DNA of 64,000 nucleotides from a virus (taxonomy: Duplodnaviria > Caudoviricetes). Within the stretch, counting starts at the first letter, position 1; every line of letters begins with the position of its first letter. Under the pieces are notes generated by a model that made no database searches, had not been told where the DNA came from, and was given only the letters and a program-made list of their open reading frames with translations. The DNA is taken from positions 1 through 64,000 of IMG/VR virus record IMGVR_UViG_3300009370_002257. One strand, 5' to 3'. Below, piece by piece: positions 15,750 to 23,708 of the stretch. A program made the position numbers and the translations under genes.

Positions 15750-15776
15750 TGTGACCCTTTTTTAACAATATAATTT

Positions 15777-15971
15777 TTATTCTTCATTCTGCACGATTTC
15801 GCAGACTATTTCGTCGCCCTCTCTTATAAATCCTTCGTCAAATAAGTAGGTTACTATAATTGTTGCTTCATCCTCTGATATATCGCCGTCCCCTTCTAGT
15901 ATCATGATTCTTTTTTCATTAACTATACAGACCTCTACTCCTCTAACCATTAAATTTTCAGAGTTTTCCAC
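15777..15971 (-). CDS. hypothetical acidic protein
   Basis: 64 aa ORF, GTG start 4 nt after a GTGTAAATAT motif. Confidence 0.6.
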   Translation of the reverse strand: MENSENLMVRGVEVCIVNEKRIMILEGDGDISEDEATIIVTYLFDEGFIREGDEIVCEIVQNEE

Positions 15972-15978
15972 GCATATA

Positions 15979-15997
15979 TTTACACCGAAAGTGTAAA
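15979..15997. promoter_or_regulatory. back-to-back GTGTAA motifs (TTTACAC-N5-GTGTAAA) between divergent genes
   Basis: TTTACAC cgaaa GTGTAAA; the same 5-nt spacing occurs at 31652-31668. Confidence 0.55.
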
Positions 15998-16025
15998 CAA
16001 GGGCACACGGAGGGAGGGAAAACTG

Positions 16026-16997
16026 TTGGGTTTATTTACAACGGACAAAAAAAAATTAGAAGACTTTGCTGCGGTTACTTGTTTCTTTAATTTTTCTAAA
16101 AGCAAGCACCGTGAAAGTGCGTACACTAAGTTTGCAAAAAATATTAAAAAGCAAGGTGTCGAGCTATACTCTATAGAATTAATTTACCAAGATCGCAAAC
16201 CGTTCACGAGAGAAAGTGATCACTCTTTTCATATGCGTACAGACTCGGTCCTCTGGAGTAAGGAAAATCTCTTAAATATATTAATTAAAAAACTACCCGA
16301 AAGAATCAAAAAAATTGCTTGGGTAGACGCTGACATTATATTTGATAATAACAACTGGGCAGAGGAGGCGTCCTTGGTTCTCGACAAGAATCCGGTTATT
16401 CAGTTAGCCTCCTTGATAGAGAGGTCAAATAAGTTAGGGCAGATTCAATCTTTTCGAGCCTCCATTGCTTTAGGTTATGCTAGGAATCATAACCAAATGA
16501 TGAGAACGCCCACCGACCCTTACGGGTGGGCGACAACTAAATCCACGGGAACACCTGCGAACGCTTACGATCCGGGGTTTGCTTGGGCTGCTACTAGAGA
16601 ATTCCTAACTAAGATTGGGCTGTTTCAATACGATATTGTTGGCGGCGGTGACGCTACTATCTTTTTTTCTTGTGTCTCTGAAAATGTTATGTTCGCCAGC
16701 CCCACTCATGAGGAGCGAATACATAACCATCACCCCTCCCACTACGAACTGATTAACGAGTACAACGTGAAGGCCTTTTCTTTTGTGAAGGGACACGTGG
16801 GGTATATATCTGGGGTTATAACTCATATATGGCATGGCGATGGGAAGGGGCCTCTTTATAAATCTAGGCACCAGATTACTAGGTCTGTTAATTTCCATGA
16901 AGATCTAGAAAAAAACGACGAGGGCTTGTTAGTCTGGAAAAATAGGGAGCATGAGCAAAAATTTAAAGATTTAATTATTAAACAAGATTCAGTATAA
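16026..16997 (+). CDS. glycosyltransferase-like protein (GT-A, DxD)
   Basis: LWSKENLLN, IAWVDADIIF, PGFAWAATRE, HIWHG. Confidence 0.65.
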   Translation: MGLFTTDKKKLEDFAAVTCFFNFSKSKHRESAYTKFAKNIKKQGVELYSIELIYQDRKPFTRESDHSFHMRTDSVLWSKENLLNILIKKLPERIKKIAWVDADIIFDNNNWAEEASLVLDKNPVIQLASLIERSNKLGQIQSFRASIALGYARNHNQMMRTPTDPYGWATTKSTGTPANAYDPGFAWAATREFLTKIGLFQYDIVGGGDATIFFSCVSENVMFASPTHEERIHNHHPSHYELINEYNVKAFSFVKGHVGYISGVITHIWHGDGKGPLYKSRHQITRSVNFHEDLEKNDEGLLVWKNREHEQKFKDLIIKQDSV

Positions 16998-17003
16998 TAA
17001 ATA

Positions 17004-17342
17004 ATGCCATTAATATTATCTTCAGATTTAGTAGGCGACCCACCAAGTCAGAATCTAGCAATTAGGTATGTGACTCTCGAGGCTAAGACTGGATTGCTAA
17101 TGGGGGTCGTTCTGGAAGTAGAGCAGGACTATAAAGATATATATTTTAAGTATACCAGAAGGGTTGGCTTGATGGATTTCATTGACGAATACGTTACCCC
17201 TGAGGAGAAAGTGGATGGAATAAGGATAGATTCTAAGCTGGAATACCCTAGGACAATTCAAGTTTCTTCAATAAATTTCGAAAATACTTTAAATATACTA
17301 GGCCAGTTGAAAAACTTAACAAAAATTAACGAGATATTGTAG
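17004..17342 (+). CDS. hypothetical protein
   Basis: 112 aa ORF following the GT-like gene. Confidence 0.6.
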   Translation: MPLILSSDLVGDPPSQNLAIRYVTLEAKTGLLMGVVLEVEQDYKDIYFKYTRRVGLMDFIDEYVTPEEKVDGIRIDSKLEYPRTIQVSSINFENTLNILGQLKNLTKINEIL

Positions 17343-17378
17343 ATTTTATCTATACAAAACGTCTATAATAGTCGAGGC

Positions 17379-17906
17379 ATGAAGAAGTTTTCAGACAAAC
17401 TGCGCCACCCTATGTGGCTCGCGGCCATAATGCTATTTACTATTTATCTTTTTATAGGTAAAGATTATCGCTTTACGTATAACCATGGGGAAAGCATGAG
17501 GCCTACTTATCAGGACGGGGAGTGGCTGGTGGTCCAGCATAAATCAACCCTGCCAGACGACTGGGGCCCCGACAGGTATGATAATGTAATCGTAGATACC
17601 GATGGAGAAAGGCTAAGCAAGAGGGTGATAGCTTTGGAGGGGGAGCACGTAAAGATACTTCACGGGAAAATATTTATAAACGGTAAAGAAAGGAAAGACC
17701 CCTATGGAAAGGGGAGTGTTATATACTGGCTAGAGCCAGAAGAAGAAAGAGCCAAGAAGCCCGAGGAGGAATGGTTATTTTTAAATACGGATGAAGATAT
17801 CGGACTAGTAGGTAAAGGAGAAGTTTTTGTTATGGGGGATAACCGAAAACTCTCTTGGTACGGAAAGGTAAAGGTTAAGGACATTAAGGGGTTAGTTATT
17901 TTCTAG
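17379..17906 (+). CDS. lepB: signal peptidase I (S26 family)
   Basis: N-terminal TM helix, GESMRPT (catalytic Ser), SKRVIALEGE (catalytic Lys), FVMGDNR. Confidence 0.88.
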   Translation: MKKFSDKLRHPMWLAAIMLFTIYLFIGKDYRFTYNHGESMRPTYQDGEWLVVQHKSTLPDDWGPDRYDNVIVDTDGERLSKRVIALEGEHVKILHGKIFINGKERKDPYGKGSVIYWLEPEEERAKKPEEEWLFLNTDEDIGLVGKGEVFVMGDNRKLSWYGKVKVKDIKGLVIF

Positions 17907-18229
17907 AGCCCTTTTTTTCTTTTGTGAAATAAATTATATTTATCTTCCATGCTCTTTAGCTTTTGCTGCATGGCATCTACTTTTGCTTGGTTATAATCTA
18001 TCTGATGCTGAGCCTTGTTCATGACCGCTTCCTGCTTAGCTTTCAGGTCGGCCTGCTTAGCAATAGCTTCTAGCACTTGACCTCTGAAGTCTTCTACCTC
18101 TTGTAGTTCTCGCTCTAATGTTTGCTCTTTGCCGGGATTTCTTACGGCTGAGGGTTTTACGGAGACTTTAGCCTTCGACACCTTATTTAGTTCATCATTA
18201 GGTTTATGTTTATTTTTAAAAAAATTCAT
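17903..18229 (-). CDS. hypothetical coiled-coil protein
   Basis: 108 aa ORF; its stop overlaps the lepB stop at CTAG. Confidence 0.65.
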   Translation of the reverse strand: MNFFKNKHKPNDELNKVSKAKVSVKPSAVRNPGKEQTLERELQEVEDFRGQVLEAIAKQADLKAKQEAVMNKAQHQIDYNQAKVDAMQQKLKSMEDKYNLFHKRKKGL

Positions 18230-18253
18230 AGCTCTCTTTCTTAGTTAAAAACT

Positions 18254-18439
18254 TTAAAGGTGGCGGTCCAATACTTTCCGAGTAGTAGCCCTTATTGCGT
18301 TGAATAGGGACTTGATTTTTACTGTTTTCCTCTTAAGTCTTCTCTGGCTATTACACCCTTTTTTAAAAGCGGGAAGGTAAAAAGCGTGGCAGAGGGTCAA
18401 GGGCACACCCTGCCCGTGATGACCGTACCACGCTTTCAC
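18254..18439 (-). CDS. possible hypothetical protein
   Basis: 61 aa ORF filling the gap; no motif recognised. Confidence 0.3.
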   Translation of the reverse strand: MKAWYGHHGQGVPLTLCHAFYLPAFKKGCNSQRRLKRKTVKIKSLFNAIRATTRKVLDRHL

Positions 18440-18452
18440 TCCACCCCTGTAA

Positions 18453-19379
18453 TCATTTTAGGATTAAAATCTTATGTCGAGGGGTGACCCTGAGCATGAA
18501 TGGGAACATTTTCTTTGCATCCACCTCGTCCTCTGTGTCTTCTTTACCTTTTTCCTCTTGCGGTTCGTGCTCTATTGGTAATTTTTTAAGCTCTTCATCT
18601 GTGGGCATAGCGACGTCCTTATCTAGTGCCCACATGATTTTATGTTTCTCGCAGTACTCTTTCATTCTCCGGACGGGAACGATAAGGTTGAACCCTTCCC
18701 CCGCCCCTCTTACGAGCATGCCTACATATCTGGCGTCGGATTTTAAGTACACCCCACCACCGCTGGAACCCGGGAATGCTGTGCAGGTAGTTTGATCAAA
18801 TACATGCTTGTTGAGACTCTTGATTAGTCTCCCGTGCTGAGAATAGATCCCGTCCGTCATGCTGTTGGCACCCATCTGCCCTAGGAGGCTTCCGACATGC
18901 AAAAGGTCTTCCCCTAGGGGCGGAATCTTTTCGTCTAGATAAAAAGTCACCGTATCTTTGACGAAATTAAATTTACGAACCCGAAGTAACGCGAGATCGT
19001 GCCCGTCTTTTGCGTCACTATATTTTAAAACTTCCGCATCCATTTGTAGCCTACCGACAGTTCTACCTGCTTGCCTGATCTCTTTAACGACCATTGGGTC
19101 TTTGAATTCTACTAGAGTCTTTGACTTACCGGCTACTACTATGTTTCTGGTTGAGCGAAGGTTGTCGATTACGTGGCCCGCGGTCCATACCAAGTTCACT
19201 GAGTTTCCTTCTTTATCTTTTCGTGTAAAAATTACCCCAGATCCTTCTCCGTTAGAAAACGGTCCTTCTGATCTAATGGTGACGGAAACATTCTGCAAGT
19301 GATCTGCCGTGGATGTTTTCTTTTCCGCCGCAGCAACCGAAAAAGCAAGAGCAAGGGTGAATACTAGTAGTTTTTTCAT
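18453..19379 (-). CDS. secreted trypsin-like serine protease
   Basis: Signal peptide MKKLLVFTLALAFSVAAA; TAGHV (His), DLALL (Asp), FPGSSGGG (Ser). Confidence 0.9.
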   Translation of the reverse strand: MKKLLVFTLALAFSVAAAEKKTSTADHLQNVSVTIRSEGPFSNGEGSGVIFTRKDKEGNSVNLVWTAGHVIDNLRSTRNIVVAGKSKTLVEFKDPMVVKEIRQAGRTVGRLQMDAEVLKYSDAKDGHDLALLRVRKFNFVKDTVTFYLDEKIPPLGEDLLHVGSLLGQMGANSMTDGIYSQHGRLIKSLNKHVFDQTTCTAFPGSSGGGVYLKSDARYVGMLVRGAGEGFNLIVPVRRMKEYCEKHKIMWALDKDVAMPTDEELKKLPIEHEPQEEKGKEDTEDEVDAKKMFPFMLRVTPRHKILILK

Positions 19380-19385
19380 ATAATA

Positions 19386-19414
19386 ATCTTATTAATTTTT
19401 TATCGTTCTGTCAA
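19386..19414 (-). promoter_or_regulatory. sigma70-type promoter
   Basis: TTGACA-gaacgATAAaaaattaa(17)-TAAGAT, then 6 nt to ATG 19379. Confidence 0.7.
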
Positions 19415-20368
19415 ATAATTGTAATTGTTTTCTATGTCATTTATGGTAAGATCTAGTCCGTCGCTTAAGCTCGTTGAGTACTTCCACCCAAATCTTTTCA
19501 ACCTAGATACGTCTAGGAGTTTTCTGAGCGTGCCGTCTGGTTTATTTAATTCAAAGGATATTCGGCCTTTGTAGTTCAGTTTGCTCGCTATTTTATAAGC
19601 TAAGTCTTTAATGGAAATATCTTCCCCCGTGCCTATGTTTAACTGGGAAACGCCTTCGTCGTGAATATCTTTCGCATTAATATTATTTAAGATGAAGAGG
19701 CACGCACTGGCAAGGTCTTCTACGTACATAAACTCTCTCTTGGCCTTACCTGTGCCCCACACCTTAACTTCTGGATCACCACTCTTAACTGCGTCAAAGA
19801 ATCTTTTGAGAAGCGACGCCATCACGTGGGAATTTTCTGGGTGATAGTTATCGTGGGGGCCGTATTGATTTGTCGGCATCACCGATATAAAGTTGCAACC
19901 GTATTGCTTGTAGTAGCTCTCACACATTTTGACGCCAGCTATCTTGGCTAGGGCGTAGGGCTCGTTTGTCTGCTCTAACGGGGAAGCAAGGAGGTACTCT
20001 TCTTTTATGGGTTGATTGCAAAACTTAGGGTAAATACAGCTGCTTCCTAAGAAGATGAGTTTCTTAACACCGTACTCGTAGCAGGAATGAATTATATTAT
20101 TTTGTATTTGTAAGTTTTGATATATAAAATCCGCCCTATACTCATTGTTCGCGTGGATACCCCCAACCTTGGCTGCGCAATCAATTACCACATCGGGCTT
20201 CTTGTAGAAAATAAAATCCCTAACCCCGTGTTGATCTACTAAGTCTAGTTCTGACCTGTCGGCAGTTAGTATGTCTTTGTATCCTGATTTTTTTAAAAGT
20301 TTTAATATAGCAGCGCCGACCATGCCTTTGTGGCCTGCCACGAAAACTTTTTGACTCAGCTGGGGCAT
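19400..20368 (-). CDS. fcl: GDP-L-fucose synthase
   Basis: AGHKGMVG, AAKVGGIHAN, LGSSCIYPK, EPYALAKIAG, MPTNQYGP.DN, WGTGKAKREF, DGTLRK. Confidence 0.95.
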   Translation of the reverse strand: MPQLSQKVFVAGHKGMVGAAILKLLKKSGYKDILTADRSELDLVDQHGVRDFIFYKKPDVVIDCAAKVGGIHANNEYRADFIYQNLQIQNNIIHSCYEYGVKKLIFLGSSCIYPKFCNQPIKEEYLLASPLEQTNEPYALAKIAGVKMCESYYKQYGCNFISVMPTNQYGPHDNYHPENSHVMASLLKRFFDAVKSGDPEVKVWGTGKAKREFMYVEDLASACLFILNNINAKDIHDEGVSQLNIGTGEDISIKDLAYKIASKLNYKGRISFELNKPDGTLRKLLDVSRLKRFGWKYSTSLSDGLDLTINDIENNYNYLTER

Positions 20369-20374
20369 CTCATG

Positions 20375-21184
20375 TTAGTCTAAGGGGCCTCTCAGGAAGA
20401 AGCTGGGCGGGCGGCCATCATACTTATGAGTGGAATTGCGCCCGTTCTTTGCGACGTAATGAAGGAAAATTTGAGCAAGGTTCCTGACGTTCTTCACTTC
20501 ATCCCTCCAGTGGATTAACTCACACCCCTTGTAAAGAGCGGCGTCTCCGGGTTTGGAGAGCACCATCTTTGTGGGGGTGTTTTTCATTCTGTCTCTTTGG
20601 ATCTCTTCGTTTGTTAGCTCTCCCGCTGGGAGCTCTTCCTCAGGCTTTTTATCTTCGCAGAAAAATAAAGACTGTGGCTCACCCTCAAACCCCAAGGTAC
20701 AGGTAAAGCTTACTTCGCAGGACGGTCGATCTTTGTGGGCATCCAGAATAGCTCCGGGATTATACATTCTAGCGTAAGTATAAGTCGGATACAACTCATA
20801 GCCGACTAACTCTTCCGCTTTCTTCTGGTGCTCAACCAGTATTGCGTCTAAAAATGTTTCCCCTGCCCAAGCAGGTTGGTCTGGGCTTTGCTGGTCCGTA
20901 ATAAATTCATTCCTCTCCACTTTCATTAGCAACTGCTTGTATAAAAAATTCGATAGCTCAGGAGAAACGAACTCCTTGACGGGAAGGTATCCGTTTTTAG
21001 CAAAAAATTCTGGCTTATTCTCTATGACGAGGGTTTTCGGCTTCGGCTCCTCAGCCTTAAGGGGTTTGCTAGCCTTCCTATTAACCTTGACTTTGGCGGT
21101 TTTTTTTGTAGCCTTTGCTTTTCTAGTAGCGACCTTCTTTTTGGCGGCCTTCTTCCTCGGGGGTGTCTTAGATGTAGAATTCAT
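20375..21184 (-). CDS. 2OG-Fe(II) oxygenase with Lys/Ala-rich N-terminal tail
   Basis: YPTYTYARMY, HKDRPSCEVSFT (HxD), PGDAALYKGCELIHWR, QIFLHYV; first ~50 aa resemble histone H1. Confidence 0.85.
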   Translation of the reverse strand: MNSTSKTPPRKKAAKKKVATRKAKATKKTAKVKVNRKASKPLKAEEPKPKTLVIENKPEFFAKNGYLPVKEFVSPELSNFLYKQLLMKVERNEFITDQQSPDQPAWAGETFLDAILVEHQKKAEELVGYELYPTYTYARMYNPGAILDAHKDRPSCEVSFTCTLGFEGEPQSLFFCEDKKPEEELPAGELTNEEIQRDRMKNTPTKMVLSKPGDAALYKGCELIHWRDEVKNVRNLAQIFLHYVAKNGRNSTHKYDGRPPSFFLRGPLD

Positions 21185-21204
21185 GAGTTCTTATAGAGAC
21201 TCAA

Positions 21205-21519
21205 TCAAAAGCTTAAAAATTCTAAATTATCGCTTTTTAAAATTATTTTTTCAGCTTGGTAGAAATCCTTTATTTCCCGCTTATTCTCAGGGGATAGGTA
21301 TATTGCCATAGATTTGTACCCAGATTCAAGCGAATCCTCCCTTGCCTTTCTGGTGCACCCGCAACCCTGCCCCAATGTCGCTGCTATATTTGCCCAATTA
21401 GTAAGCTGGGGGTTGTAGGAAAACTTACTTTCTCCGGACATGTTGACAAATAGCTTATAAAACTCAGCCCAGTTACTCAATGTAATGACTGAAGTGTTTT
21501 CCCTTAATGGTTCACTCAT
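21205..21519 (-). CDS. hypothetical protein
   Basis: 104 aa ORF with GCGC motif; ATGA overlap. Confidence 0.65.
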   Translation of the reverse strand: MSEPLRENTSVITLSNWAEFYKLFVNMSGESKFSYNPQLTNWANIAATLGQGCGCTRKAREDSLESGYKSMAIYLSPENKREIKDFYQAEKIILKSDNLEFLSF

Positions 21520-21872
21520 GCGCTTAACCCTTCAATGTATTCAAATAGCCTGAAAGCAACTAAGGATAATAAATAAACCACCGGTAGATTCATAAACCCA
21601 ACCCCCACACAGCACCCCAAAGAAAGCCAGAAAGAAACACAGGTCGGACAAGAGAGCAGCCTACTCAAGAAACAGTTCTTTTGGCAGAGCAAGAAGTTAG
21701 GATAGTTAGTAGAAAGGAGGGGGTCCTGCGCCCTGAATTCGTTAACATAAAAAAGCTTCCTGCAACCGAGAAGCTCTAGGTATTCAATAAATGCGTCACT
21801 CTTAAACCATATTATTAAGATTGTAACAATTAATGCAACGCAGAACAGTAAAACCTCGAAGCTTGCAAACAT
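21516..21872 (-). CDS. hypothetical membrane protein (DUF1360-like CPxC motif)
   Basis: LLSCPTCVSFW followed by hydrophobic helices. Confidence 0.6.
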   Translation of the reverse strand: MFASFEVLLFCVALIVTILIIWFKSDAFIEYLELLGCRKLFYVNEFRAQDPLLSTNYPNFLLCQKNCFLSRLLSCPTCVSFWLSLGCCVGVGFMNLPVVYLLSLVAFRLFEYIEGLSA

Positions 21873-21941
21873 ATAACATATTATCATGTATAATTTAAAA
21901 TTCTAGTAAATTTTCACATGGGATACTGCTTTTCGGAAATT

Positions 21942-21970
21942 AAAACACAAAACCCCCAAGTAGGGGGCTT
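21942..21970 (-). terminator. intrinsic terminator closing the candidate ncRNA
   Basis: AAGCCCCC-TACTT-GGGGGTT then TTGTGTTTT. Confidence 0.75.
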
Positions 21971-22306
21971 CATGAATTAACATGGTCTCTGCTTTTTCGG
22001 CCCAGTGTTTTACTTGATGGGACATTCAATGACCACGAATACGATCAGACAAAATCTGAAGCTACCTACCTTTGAACAGGTGGAGAAACTGTGCTTTAAA
22101 ACTCCTTACAGTAGCCAACCACAACACGCCGGGGCATTTGCGATAGCATTTAACTATCAGTTTTTTTTCGAGAGGCATTCACTCTCGCACGGACTCCTTT
22201 AGCTGTGAGTTTCCGCTCAGTCTTTCAGACTACTCTGACCCATAAGGTCTCACTAAAGGCAAACTCCACTGATTGCTCTCAGCGAGCTTAAACGGATTAC
22301 CGTTTT
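21942..22306 (-). ncRNA. candidate structured ncRNA of ~360 nt, family not recognised
   Basis: No credible ORF on the transcribed strand; flanked by a promoter and a terminator; at least 8 hairpins and a multibranch junction; G-U pairs favour the minus strand. Confidence 0.6.
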
Positions 22307-22310
22307 CATA

Positions 22311-22339
22311 GTTATAACCACATCTTTCGATATAGTCAA
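22311..22339 (-). promoter_or_regulatory. sigma70-type promoter of the candidate ncRNA
   Basis: TTGACT-17 nt-TATAAC just after the dut stop. Confidence 0.75.
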
Positions 22340-22347
22340 ATTAAAAA

Positions 22348-22836
22348 TTATTTACCAGTGCTCCCGAACCCACCAGAGCCCCTTTCGGAGTCAGATAAAC
22401 GGGCAGAAGGTTTCCAATCTACATCGTAGCATCTTTCTATGATAAGCTGAGCGATCCTGTCTCCCGAAGAAACCCTAAAGTCTAAAGGAGAACCAAATAG
22501 GGAACTATAGGCAGACATAGATGAATCAGGACGATGGATTAACCCTTCTGGTAGATTCAAATTAACAAGCACCACTCTCAAGCAGTCCCTATAACCAGAA
22601 TCAACTACGCCAGCAAGAACATCTATCCCATTTCTTACCGCCAACCCGCTGCGGGGGGCGATCCTACCATAATAACCCTCAGGTATCTCGACAGAGATGC
22701 CCACGGAAACGAGCTTCCTTTCCATAGGTTTAATTACGCAAGACTCCGTCGAGAAAAGATCGTAGCCAGCGTCAGACTCTTTAGCTCTAAGAGGCTGCTT
22801 TGCGGCAGTTTCTAATTTTTTAAATTTAATCTCCAT
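22348..22836 (-). CDS. dut: trimeric dUTPase with an insertion between motifs III and IV
   Basis: AGYDL, PRSGLA, GVVDSGYR, GDRIAQL, RGSGGFGSTG. Confidence 0.95.
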   Translation of the reverse strand: MEIKFKKLETAAKQPLRAKESDAGYDLFSTESCVIKPMERKLVSVGISVEIPEGYYGRIAPRSGLAVRNGIDVLAGVVDSGYRDCLRVVLVNLNLPEGLIHRPDSSMSAYSSLFGSPLDFRVSSGDRIAQLIIERCYDVDWKPSARLSDSERGSGGFGSTGK

Positions 22837-23230
22837 AATGATGAAGGTCTAAACCAAATTCCTTAGCGATGGATAACGAGGAGTCGTCTCTATCATAAAA
22901 TTTTTTAAAAATAATTTTCTCAACCCCATACGCTGCCGCCAGCTTCAAGCAGTCGTTGCATGGGAGCAGATTGCAGGCAAGTAAATAACATTCACCCGGG
23001 CGGGCATACCTAAGAGCGTTAACTTCAGCGTGAATAACCCTTGCCCGCCTCTGGTCACGATTGGACCAATCTATATTTACATCTTTAGGCGCACCGTTAT
23101 AACCTAATCCAGCCACGCTATGGTCGTGGCGAAGCACACACGAGCCCACTTGCTCGTAGGGGTCTTCGCTCCTACGCGAGGCAATAATGGCAAGCTCTAA
23201 GGCGTATTCTTCCCAAGATAATCTTTTCAT
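22826..23230 (-). CDS. dCMP deaminase
   Basis: RSEDP..QVGSC, GYNG, HAEVNAL, PCNDC. Confidence 0.93.
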   Translation of the reverse strand: MKRLSWEEYALELAIIASRRSEDPYEQVGSCVLRHDHSVAGLGYNGAPKDVNIDWSNRDQRRARVIHAEVNALRYARPGECYLLACNLLPCNDCLKLAAAYGVEKIIFKKFYDRDDSSLSIAKEFGLDLHHYGD

Positions 23231-23267
23231 TTTCTTTGAAATAGTAGTGTTTTTTTTTAAAATAGTT

Positions 23268-23708
23268 ATGACAATTTTAACTGCTTCCGCAAAACTCTAT
23301 GAGTGGTTCACAGAAAACGATAGCTTCTGCCTTGAATATGACTTTAACAAGCTTTTCCAAGAAGATCAAGACAAAGATAGGGAAAGCGCGTGCGTTATAA
23401 ACGCCTTAGAGCAGTTTAACGAAATGCAATTTACTTCTTCTGCGGAAGTGGGCGGCAGAAAGGTATGGACCCTAAGGAGGCCCCTGAATTCGCTCCCCCA
23501 AACCGTTGAGCTTGGCCCGGACGCATGCCTTCAAATCTCTCACGTGATTAATGGGTTCTCCGAATACATAGGGGATGATTCCAGTATGTGTGATCCAGCA
23601 AACATCTCAGAGGTTAATGTCTTGACATTAGTGACAATTTGCGCTACTCTAATAAAAGACAAGACGGAAGAAGATGCAAACGACACAGGACTGCTCGACG
23701 GAATATAA
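23268..23708 (+). CDS. hypothetical protein
   Basis: Likely start MTILTAS at 23268 (upstream part of the track ORF overlaps the dCMP deaminase). Confidence 0.65.
   Translation: MTILTASAKLYEWFTENDSFCLEYDFNKLFQEDQDKDRESACVINALEQFNEMQFTSSAEVGGRKVWTLRRPLNSLPQTVELGPDACLQISHVINGFSEYIGDDSSMCDPANISEVNVLTLVTICATLIKDKTEEDANDTGLLDGI

Noticed and set aside
22142-22190. tmRNA-like look: CGAG...CTCG followed by an A-run and then GCA AAT... ending in TAA (ANAPACCGWLL)
   Set aside because: No tRNA-like ends (GGGG 5' end, T-arm, CCA), the pk1 loop has no complementary partner, and the peptide lacks the usual ALAA-type C-terminus
22005-22202. 65-aa plus-strand ORF inside the candidate ncRNA
   Set aside because: TTG start, no promoter or motif, antisense to a clear promoter-terminator unit; treated as a shadow ORF
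22258-22269. GGCAAACTCCAC, resembling an RNase P RNA conserved region
   Set aside because: The other universal blocks (GAGGAAAGUCC, AGAACCCGGCUUA) are absent and it lies on the non-favoured strand
22224-22337. Group I intron R/S-like words on the plus strand (TCAGACTAC and GATATAGTC)
   Set aside because: The S-like word is simply the reverse complement of the -35 region; there is no interrupted host gene and no P9/omega-G, and wobble pairs favour the opposite strand
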